In this document: piece by piece, positions 43,806 to 51,425 of the stretch
How the letters are laid out: each line of letters opens with the position of its first letter
Numbering within the stretch: the first letter of the stretch is position 1
NCBI GenBank assembly: GCA_964635275.1
Contig: CAZWPN010000005.1
Span: 643-64,642, forward strand
Direction of reading: 5' to 3'
Length of the DNA stretch: 64,000 nucleotides
DNA from: an uncultured Victivallales bacterium
GTDB lineage: Bacteria; Verrucomicrobiota; Kiritimatiellia; UBA8416; CAZWPN01
Notes under the pieces: generated by a model
The model's database searches: none
Told to the model about the DNA's origin: nothing
The model's input: only the letters and a program-made list of their open reading frames with translations
Program-made: the position numbers and the translations under genes

Positions 43806-46800
43806 CTATGGGGTGAGACGCAGGTCGGTCGGACTGATATAGAGACGGGAGTGGACAGCCAAGGCCCAGCGGCCGTCGGCCAGCGGCCAAACCCTGAGAC
43901 CCCATCCAGGATCGAGTTCGTCGCCGCAGGGAACGGCGCTGCCCGGGATGCGTGTCAGTCCCTGCGCGTCAAGCCGGTGGAGTTTGGCGCCGACGCGCAT
44001 CAGGAACTGACCGTCGCCCAGTGGCAAGGCCTGCAACGACCCGTGGGGATCGATCCTGATCCGCGTCGCGTTCACGTCGCTCGACACTTCCGGCGTCTCC
44101 TTGCTCGCATACCAGACCGGCAGGCAGCCGGGGTTGGCTTCCAGGATGCCCGGGTCGTACCAGCGCAAGCCATAGGCATCGATCAGACACTTCTCAACTT
44201 GCCCCAGCGGGATGGCCTTTACTCCGTCGATGCGATAGGCCACGGGCAGTGAACTGCGCTCCATGCAGAGCAGAAAGATCTCCCCGCGCGGATCGAGTGA
44301 GGCCCGTCCGTCCGGTACGCTCTGCCAGGCATGGCCGTCCCAGATCTTGCCGCCGAAATACACCCGCCCATCGGCGGCAACAGCCGGCGCCCCATCGCCT
44401 TCGAACGACTTGGCGCCGCGCTTGACAAGTTCCAGCACCGCGCTGCGCAGGTCCTTCACGCGCTCCGGCGGCTTGCCGGTCGAGAGAAGATAGGTATCCG
44501 TTCCGGCGCCAATCGCCGCGGCGCCGTTGTCGCTGACGATGATTGCGTTAGCGCCGGGATACCTCTGCGCCCACGTCATATCGTTAGTACCATCTGAAGA
44601 AGCGAATCCAGTCCGTTCCGGATTGCCGTACCAGACGCGACCGAATGCGCCCACCGCGAATCGCTCCTGCACCGGCGCCGCGCGCCAGCCCTGCCAGGCC
44701 GAAGGAATCGCGTCGGCGGGTTGGGTTGGGTCATACACAAGCAACTGCGCCTGACGCATGATCCAGATTCGCCCGTCAGGCGCTTCGCGGATTGCGTGTG
44801 TGCGGCCAGGCTGAACGCCGTGTTGCCAACCATATTCAGCCGCACCTTCGTCAGCCCGGCCGGCATACAATCGCTCGCTCCTGACCGTATAGGCCACGAC
44901 CCCGCCAGACGTGGCCAGAAACTCGTATCCGCCATCATCCCAAAGCGGGGGCATGGTGGGCGGCGGGGAATAGACGAGCTGGGTCATCGCCAGGTCGTCG
45001 CCTGAAATTCGGTAGAACTCCTTGCCCTTCCAGACATAGAGGCTGCTATCGGGGCCGGCCCGGTATGTATCGCCGAACGGGATCTTCCGGTCGCTGGGTC
45101 GGCCACTTTCCACCTCCAAAAGCAGCCGCTGCAGCGGCAGCAGCAAATAGTCGCGGCCCAGGGGATAGGCAATTCGGTCCGCCTGCTGCCAGCGGTACTT
45201 GAAGTCGCCCGGCCATGGGATGGACTTGCTGAGTTCGCCATCGCGATAGATCAGGTAGTGCCCACGCGTATAGATGATGGTGCCTTTAGCGCTCGTCGCG
45301 ACGAAGGGATCATAGTCGAGTGTTCGCTCCCACTGTCGCGTCTGTTTTCCGTCCCAACGTACGGCAGACCGGTGGCTGAGCGCCCAGATCCCGCCTTCGC
45401 CATCGGCGCTGATTTGCTGGTGGGCGTAGGAGGAGTCGTCGTAGAGGTCGACCGCGCGCCGGATGCCGTCGTGTCGCAATTCAAGAAGGGCGATGTGCAC
45501 CCCGTCCGAGCTTCGTTCCCCGCGCGCCCAGACGCGTCCGCGAGCAGCCAGCAGTTCCTGAGCGGGACAGCGGTAAAACGTGGCCTTCCGCTCCGCCGGC
45601 GCGAGCGCAACGACACCGCCCTCGACCAGAATCCAGACCACGCCATCGGAATCAATCTCGAGTGATCGTTCAAGCGCCGTGCGGCCGGCTATTGTCGCGG
45701 GCAGCACCTGCAGGCGCCGCGGTTTGAGATCCCAGTCCTCGCCCAGTTCAAGGTTCACGACTTCAAACTCGGGACCGCCATCGAGCGTCAGTCGAAGCGG
45801 CTGCTCCGATACCACGCCGAAGCCGTCCGCCGCGTAGACTTCAAGCATGTGATCGCCCGGCTTGATAGGCGGCAGATCGACACCGTCGGGCGCGGCGATC
45901 GAATCGAGAAACTCGCCGTCCAGGAAGGTCAGCAGCCGCGGTTTGTAAGGAGGTTCAACGCCGGCAATCTTGCATACCAAACGCCGCAGTTTTCCATCGG
46001 CAAGCACCGTCCCATCGATCGTCAGCGTCTGCCGTGGCTGATAGCGCAGTGTGTTGCCGTCGACGAGGTAGTGGCCGTTGGTTCCCGGATAGACTCGGCC
46101 CGCAACGGAGTAGTGCGCATCGCGGAAGATGCGCCATGAACCCACCCATCCGCCGCTGGGGCCAGGGATGAACGCTTCATTGCCCTGCAGCGTCAGGAAT
46201 CGGGGATTGCTGCTCGCCTGTGATCGCGGCAATGGCAGTTTCAGTTGCCCGTCATAGATCACGGACAGACGGTCTTTGCCTGTAATGTCGGCCCTGATGC
46301 CGTCGGGCCCAATGGACAGCGGAGGCACCTGCGTTTCTGTCCAGCGCCCGTCCGCGAAGGCCCACACCTTCTCTGCGCTACAGCGATAGCACACGCCGTC
46401 CGGGCCGAGCCAGAAATAACGGTAGGGAGGCTTGTCGTAGTAATCGTATTCCCGCTCACCGTCCCAAAGAGAGCGGCCGTTGTAACGCCAGAGCCATTCG
46501 GCTTTACCTGCTGCTATGTCATGCGATCGGAACGGGCTGCCGTCGCGGAACCGGGTTGCGCCCTGCCTTATGCTTTCAACCCAGGCTCGGACAGGCTGAT
46601 TGGGCCAGTTGGTGACTGCTCCATCACGGAAGAGCGCTGACCCGCTCGGCGCATGCGCGGAGCCAATCTGCAGCATCCCTTTGTCGTCGCCGGTCATGTC
46701 TTGGGGGCTAAGGTTCTGCAACTCGAGGGGGAACTGCCCCCACTGCTTGCCGTCGTGATGACAAATCTTGCCTGGGGCGTCGAGCAGGAATGCCCATAAG

Positions 46801-48050
46801 GTCCCGCTGATGTCGCGGACGCAGGGTCCGGTCAGCATCCACTCGCGCCGTTCGTCGAGTCCCGGGGCCGCCGGAAGGGGGGCGGTGGTCCCTTTGCGCC
46901 GCTCGTCTAGACCTGCGGCAGCGGGCAACGGTTCGGTGGTCCGCCACACCACGATCTTGCCGCCCCCGGCCATGATGAGATCGTCGCCGACTGCGGCCAC
47001 GCAATCGACTCTTGGTAACGGCAGGCCGGAGGCAGGCGTGATCATGACGGCCTCGTTCGTACGGAATACCGCCAGCATGCCGCCGGGTAATGCCGCGAAG
47101 CCCACACCCGTTGCAGCGAACACGACGCGTGACTTGCCCGGCTCGGCAAGAGAAGCCCCATTAAGGATGGGGCCGGATTCCTTCAGTTGCACTTCACTGC
47201 GGCCGTCGGCCGCGTACCAGACAAAGCCGCGATGCGGACGGCTGAGCAGTCGGCCGTCGGGGGCCGTGGCTACGCCATAGAACCAATCTCCCCGTCCCAG
47301 GTTCAGGCGTTCGGGCTCTTTGCCCGGCGTGCGCGGATCGAGCAGGAATGAGCCTGCGCCTTTGTTGTTGCACCCGCCCGAGACCAGGCGATCGGCTCCC
47401 AGGCGAAACGGGCCGTTGCCCGTGCCATCGTCGGCGAATAAAGGAGCCGCCTCGGCTATGACTTTCTCCGGCGTAGCCCACACGGCTATGGAAGCGAAGA
47501 ACAGCACGACATGCCCAGGCTTCCATTCGCATGGCTGGCGGAACCTTATCCCGTAGCCCGGCTGGCCCATCGGCCATTCTATCAGAGTCTCGTTCTTGCC
47601 CGCGACGAGGAGCCGCTCCCTGTTCTGGATCCATGCCCGACCCAGCGCATCCACGTACCAGTGCTCGTAAGGCACGTTCGGCGTGGTGGTAACGGGATTG
47701 GCCGTGGCGCCGGCGAGGCGGTGGATCGCTAAGCGGGTCTTCCGGTCCTGAAGCGCAAAGACTTCGCGCCCCGTGTTGTCGGTGAGGGCAACAACCCCGT
47801 CGAGCGCCAGAGCGATCCAGCCTTCCTCCGGGTGTTGAAGGTCCATCCACAGGACTTTCGTCGCCGTGCGGACATAGATATCGCCAGCCGCGTTGGCCCG
47901 CAAGTCAAGGATCTGTCCCGGCGGCGATGGCAGTGTGCGCACTGGGTCCGCGGCGATAACGCAAGAAGCCGCAGTCAGCGCCATCAAGCAAACTATACAT
48001 GGTCTCATGCTATGCTCCCGGACGGCGCTGCCCAACGGCGCTACCTTCAT
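43806..48050 (-). CDS. Giant secreted beta-propeller-repeat protein, paralog B (tandem duplicate of 39830-43804)
   Basis: N- and C-termini are shared with paralog A ('ADPVRTLPSPPGQILDLRANAAGDIY(I/V)RTATK(I/V)LWMDLQ'). 1414 aa. The likely true start is 'MRPCIVCLMAL' (~48008). Confidence 0.7.
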   Translation of the reverse strand: MKVAPLGSAVREHSMRPCIVCLMALTAASCVIAADPVRTLPSPPGQILDLRANAAGDIYVRTATKVLWMDLQHPEEGWIALALDGVVALTDNTGREVFALQDRKTRLAIHRLAGATANPVTTTPNVPYEHWYVDALGRAWIQNRERLLVAGKNETLIEWPMGQPGYGIRFRQPCEWKPGHVVLFFASIAVWATPEKVIAEAAPLFADDGTGNGPFRLGADRLVSGGCNNKGAGSFLLDPRTPGKEPERLNLGRGDWFYGVATAPDGRLLSRPHRGFVWYAADGRSEVQLKESGPILNGASLAEPGKSRVVFAATGVGFAALPGGMLAVFRTNEAVMITPASGLPLPRVDCVAAVGDDLIMAGGGKIVVWRTTEPLPAAAGLDERRKGTTAPLPAAPGLDERREWMLTGPCVRDISGTLWAFLLDAPGKICHHDGKQWGQFPLELQNLSPQDMTGDDKGMLQIGSAHAPSGSALFRDGAVTNWPNQPVRAWVESIRQGATRFRDGSPFRSHDIAAGKAEWLWRYNGRSLWDGEREYDYYDKPPYRYFWLGPDGVCYRCSAEKVWAFADGRWTETQVPPLSIGPDGIRADITGKDRLSVIYDGQLKLPLPRSQASSNPRFLTLQGNEAFIPGPSGGWVGSWRIFRDAHYSVAGRVYPGTNGHYLVDGNTLRYQPRQTLTIDGTVLADGKLRRLVCKIAGVEPPYKPRLLTFLDGEFLDSIAAPDGVDLPPIKPGDHMLEVYAADGFGVVSEQPLRLTLDGGPEFEVVNLELGEDWDLKPRRLQVLPATIAGRTALERSLEIDSDGVVWILVEGGVVALAPAERKATFYRCPAQELLAARGRVWARGERSSDGVHIALLELRHDGIRRAVDLYDDSSYAHQQISADGEGGIWALSHRSAVRWDGKQTRQWERTLDYDPFVATSAKGTIIYTRGHYLIYRDGELSKSIPWPGDFKYRWQQADRIAYPLGRDYLLLPLQRLLLEVESGRPSDRKIPFGDTYRAGPDSSLYVWKGKEFYRISGDDLAMTQLVYSPPPTMPPLWDDGGYEFLATSGGVVAYTVRSERLYAGRADEGAAEYGWQHGVQPGRTHAIREAPDGRIWIMRQAQLLVYDPTQPADAIPSAWQGWRAAPVQERFAVGAFGRVWYGNPERTGFASSDGTNDMTWAQRYPGANAIIVSDNGAAAIGAGTDTYLLSTGKPPERVKDLRSAVLELVKRGAKSFEGDGAPAVAADGRVYFGGKIWDGHAWQSVPDGRASLDPRGEIFLLCMERSSLPVAYRIDGVKAIPLGQVEKCLIDAYGLRWYDPGILEANPGCLPVWYASKETPEVSSDVNATRIRIDPHGSLQALPLGDGQFLMRVGAKLHRLDAQGLTRIPGSAVPCGDELDPGWGLRVWPLADGRWALAVHSRLYISPTDLRLTP

Positions 48051-48216
48051 TGAATCACGGCCCCTGACACGGTGCGTACCGGGATTCTGTCTAATTCCTG
48101 TGCCCGGAGTCCATCCCGATTCCCCGGCACGTCTTTAAACCCTTATGCCAGCGCCCAAACGGATTTCTTGCATGGTTACGGAAGAAAAGGATACCGGTAG
48201 CCGGAAACGGGCAGGA

Positions 48217-48609
48217 TTACTCCCGCCAGAGCAATAAACCGGAGACGCTTGAGAAGTGCGTGTCGTAGGTTACCAGGCGAGACCCGCTTTCGGTGGCGTG
48301 GGCGGCGATCCAAATATCATTGACGGGGATTGGCGTCCCCGCTTTGCGAAGCCGGTGTTTGATGGTGCCGAATATATCCGATGTCTCCCGCGTCGCTGAA
48401 AGGACGCGCACAGTTGGCCGGCGAAGAAAACCATCCAGTTGGGTGCGGTTTTCCATTTCCCTGGCGCCCCCCTTGAAACCCGCATAGAGTTCCCCGAGAA
48501 CGAAAACAGACATGAAGACCGTATCAGCATGGCCCAACACATCCAGAACAGCTGTCTCGCCTTGGAGCAGACGCGTGTAGGCGTTGGTATCCAAGAGTAT
48601 CTTGCTCAC
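48217..48609 (-). CDS. vapC: PIN-domain ribonuclease toxin VapC
   Basis: 'ILLDTNAY', an acidic PIN triad context, and 'VTYDTHF'. There is a 4-bp overlap with the upstream antitoxin. Confidence 0.85.
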   Translation of the reverse strand: MSKILLDTNAYTRLLQGETAVLDVLGHADTVFMSVFVLGELYAGFKGGAREMENRTQLDGFLRRPTVRVLSATRETSDIFGTIKHRLRKAGTPIPVNDIWIAAHATESGSRLVTYDTHFSSVSGLLLWRE

Positions 48610-48863
48610 TTCCAGTCTCCCGGATCGACAGTTTCCATGTCGGCGACACGTTCCTCAAACGCCCGGGCATCTTCCTCTTTCCACGTTCCGCAGAACTCCA
48701 AAAAATCGCCCCGATGTGGTGGTTCGGCGGCCAACTTGATGCCCAACCCCTCCGCCAAGAGTTGTTTCACAAGTACATTCATACTGACAGATTGTTCCTT
48801 GGAACGTCGCTTGATCAGCTCCGCCAACTGATCGTCAAGACCATGTATGGTGAGTGAGTTCAT
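48606..48863 (-). CDS. vapB: VapB-like antitoxin
   Basis: A small protein ('MNSLTIHGLDDQLAELIKRRSKEQSVSMNVLVKQLL', RHH/AbrB-like) translationally coupled to vapC. Confidence 0.6.
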   Translation of the reverse strand: MNSLTIHGLDDQLAELIKRRSKEQSVSMNVLVKQLLAEGLGIKLAAEPPHRGDFLEFCGTWKEEDARAFEERVADMETVDPGDWK

Positions 48864-49193
48864 TCCGGCCTCCATATGAATCGCATAGTGAGTCACAGTG
48901 TGGACCAGATAGTACGTATTACGACTCACAACGTCAACCAACGAATTTGAGCCACATGATTTCCCATCCGGGCGCTCTATTTCATTCACTGCGAAAGACG
49001 ATGGCATAAAGGACTGGTTTTGGTGCTCTCAGCCCAACCTCGGCGCTCCGACAAAGCCCTCTCACACTGCTGTTGCCCTCCTGCCCGCTTCTGGTGCAGC
49101 TTCTGCCATGAATTCATTCATGCATGCCGATCTCAACGGGCGTGTGCCCGTAATACTTGAAAAGCGAGATCCCGGACCACCCCGAAGTTCTGG

Positions 49194-49331
49194 TTATAAA
49201 TGGTCAGCGACGGCTCTGCCGCTGCCAACCCCGCCGCTACCGTTGGCTTCATCGCCCATGGCAACACTGTTGACGGTCACGATGGCGCACGCCGCGAATA
49301 CCAATCTGAATCGTCTCATCATTTCACTCAT
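49194..49331 (-). CDS. Possible small secreted peptide (45 aa), not in the ORF track
   Basis: Good SD 'GAGAAGGTG' 5 bp upstream of the ATG. Signal-peptide-like 'MSEMMRRFRLVFAACAIVTVNSVAMG' followed by a Gly/Ser-rich tail. Purely ab initio. Confidence 0.2.
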   Translation of the reverse strand: MSEMMRRFRLVFAACAIVTVNSVAMGDEANGSGGVGSGRAVADHL

Positions 49332-49370
49332 CACCTTCTCTCCAAGTCTTACCTATTGGTTCCTGCCGTA

Positions 49371-49392
49371 CACCGCGCCACACCGTGGCGCC
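49371..49392. repeat. REP-like hairpin element copy 1 (CGCGCCACACCGTGGCGCCCTA; stem GCGCCAC/GTGGCGC, loop ACC)
   Basis: 22/22 nt identical to the copy at 59573-59594. Intergenic, ~45 bp past the 3' end of the minus-strand gene 49434-51377. Confidence 0.6.
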
Positions 49393-49433
49393 CTAAAAAT
49401 AGCCAGTGCTTGAAGATCATGACTCATCAATGG

Positions 49434-51377
49434 TCAGTCCTTCTGCGGCACTGGTTTGAGCGCGGTTTCAAGCTGAGCGGGGGTCAGAATACGAACGCTA
49501 CCGTCGCAGAAGGCGACGCAGACGGGTTGTGTATCCGGTCCCGGCGGTGCGTAGGCCAGAACCGTCTCGTTGGGATTCTTGACTGAATCCAGCGGACGGC
49601 CGGTCACGGCCGGATTCAGCCGGAAGAACTGCCCGCTCCTGGCGTCGCGCAAGGCCGTGTCCTTATCGCCGACATACCGCTTGAGATCCGCAATCTCCGC
49701 AGGCAGTTTCTGATACTCCATCGCATACGTGTGGCAGGCCATGGCGACTTGCCTGAGACTGTTCCTTGTTTGGTTCTGGGTGTTCTGCGCAACGGCTGCG
49801 CGCCCCGCGCCAGCCAGGAGCCGTACGATGCCGGCCGCGAGATTCCGGCTGCCGCCTTCGACCCGGAGCGTCACTCCTGCAGCGTCGGAAGTCAGGCCTG
49901 CTGTAATCCGTTCCAAGCCGGACTGAGGAAAGCATCGGGCAGCGTCCAGCGTCGCAAATGCCATCGCGCCGGGCTGGCGCGCCGCCAGTGTCTTGCCAAT
50001 GCTGTCGCCTCCTTCAATGAAGTGCTTAAGGAAGCGTTCCGCGCCGGCCCGCGTCTGGCCGCGTGAGGGCGCCACCAGCACCACAGTGCCTTTCAGTGCG
50101 ATCAGTGCCTCGTCCGTTCTCCATACCGTCACGCCCCGCAGTTCCTCCTTACCCGCCTTGCCTTCCTTCTCCACCCGCGCCATCAGAACCCGCACAGAAG
50201 TCAGCATGCTCGTGGCATCCTTACCTTCGAAATATAGGGCCCCGCCGTGGTCGAGTTCCAATCCCCTGGCTGGATCCGTCACCACCACGGCAGCCGCGAC
50301 GAGGTTGGAGACGAGGTCAGCCTGGACGTCCAAGCCTGTTTCCCTGCGGAAATCTCGGATGAACTCCTCGCGTGGGCCTGTTCCGCCGTGTTCAAAGATT
50401 GCGATGTGGCCGAATCCAGCCTCGAGGAGATCCCATACCTTTGCCGTATCCCGGACACTGACCGCAAGCGCCAAACTCGCGTCCGCAGGAATGGCATCCA
50501 GCAGCGCCGGCGGGCGCTCGGGCGGCTTCAGTGCGGCCGCCAGCGGACTGCCCGGATCAATCTCTGCCCGCAGCACGATGGCGTCTCTGGTAACGCGCAA
50601 CGCCGCGCCACGCCATGCCGGCAAATCAAAGAACGCGCCGGCGGCCATGAACTCGGCACTGTCATGGTCTCCCATGGCAGGCAGAAGGCCGTTCACGACA
50701 GCGCCCACGTCGGCACGCATCTGGAGCAGCGGACGCGATGTTCCCGACACATCCAATCGGGCGGACGGGGGCGTTTTGGCAGCCGCAGCCGCCTGGAGCA
50801 GAAACGTCTCCGCCGCCATCGTATCGGAGGCCAGTACCAGCATTCCGTTGATTTCGGTGAGCCAGAGCGCCTCCCTCGGGTGGCGGCTCACGGAATGGAG
50901 TGTACGTCCCGCGTATACCACGGTGCGGCAGGGGCCGGCGTCGGACGCGCCCGCGACCGGATTGTTGGACAGCAACCTGGGCAGAATGTCGGGGGCGCCT
51001 CCACGATCACACACGACGACGAAACGAGGCCGTCGGCGATCGGCCATCCCCAGGGGCCAGAGTCCGACGGTGCGCACACGGGCGACGGCGTCGCGAAGCG
51101 CGGCGGGGTCCAGGCGCGTCCGCTCGCTCATGGCTTCAATGGCCTCGCCGTAGGCGGCCTCGGGCGTGCGGCCGTCGAACAGGGCCTTGGCCAGTTCGGG
51201 GTCCTCCCGGATCATCGCGCGCAATTGTGCGACGTCCAGCACGGCGGCGCCAACTGCCACGGTGGGCGTCAGGGATTCGAGTGCGATTCCACGATCGGCG
51301 TCCTTCGAACTGTCCGGAACGCTGAGGAACAGAACGAGAAGCAGTTTGAAGAATCCACTGACACTGATAGCTTCCAT
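49434..51377 (-). CDS. Secreted protein with a large unknown N-region and a DUF1559-like C-terminal domain
   Basis: Signal peptide 'MEAISVSGFFKLLLVLFLSV'. The C-terminus 'LRQVAMACHTYAMEYQKLP...VCVAFCDGSVRIL' resembles the H-x9 and '(F/L)ADGSV' ends of planctomycete DUF1559 proteins. The pilin-like N-helix is absent. Confidence 0.55.
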   Translation of the reverse strand: MEAISVSGFFKLLLVLFLSVPDSSKDADRGIALESLTPTVAVGAAVLDVAQLRAMIREDPELAKALFDGRTPEAAYGEAIEAMSERTRLDPAALRDAVARVRTVGLWPLGMADRRRPRFVVVCDRGGAPDILPRLLSNNPVAGASDAGPCRTVVYAGRTLHSVSRHPREALWLTEINGMLVLASDTMAAETFLLQAAAAAKTPPSARLDVSGTSRPLLQMRADVGAVVNGLLPAMGDHDSAEFMAAGAFFDLPAWRGAALRVTRDAIVLRAEIDPGSPLAAALKPPERPPALLDAIPADASLALAVSVRDTAKVWDLLEAGFGHIAIFEHGGTGPREEFIRDFRRETGLDVQADLVSNLVAAAVVVTDPARGLELDHGGALYFEGKDATSMLTSVRVLMARVEKEGKAGKEELRGVTVWRTDEALIALKGTVVLVAPSRGQTRAGAERFLKHFIEGGDSIGKTLAARQPGAMAFATLDAARCFPQSGLERITAGLTSDAAGVTLRVEGGSRNLAAGIVRLLAGAGRAAVAQNTQNQTRNSLRQVAMACHTYAMEYQKLPAEIADLKRYVGDKDTALRDARSGQFFRLNPAVTGRPLDSVKNPNETVLAYAPPGPDTQPVCVAFCDGSVRILTPAQLETALKPVPQKD

Positions 51378-51425
51378 ATGCGTGCCTTTCCTGTTGTTAC
51401 AACCATCCGCCCACGTGTGACAGAA

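Noticed and set aside
49371-49392. The hairpins as rho-independent terminators
   Set aside because: Neither occurrence is followed by a U-tract in the orientation of the adjacent gene's transcript. They are better described as REP-like repeats.
49108-49413. A 101-aa plus-strand ORF in the vapB / DUF1559 intergenic region
   Set aside because: No RBS, Pro/Leu-rich low complexity, and it overlaps the REP-like hairpin. The minus-strand 45-codon peptide with a strong SD is the better candidate, itself low-confidence.
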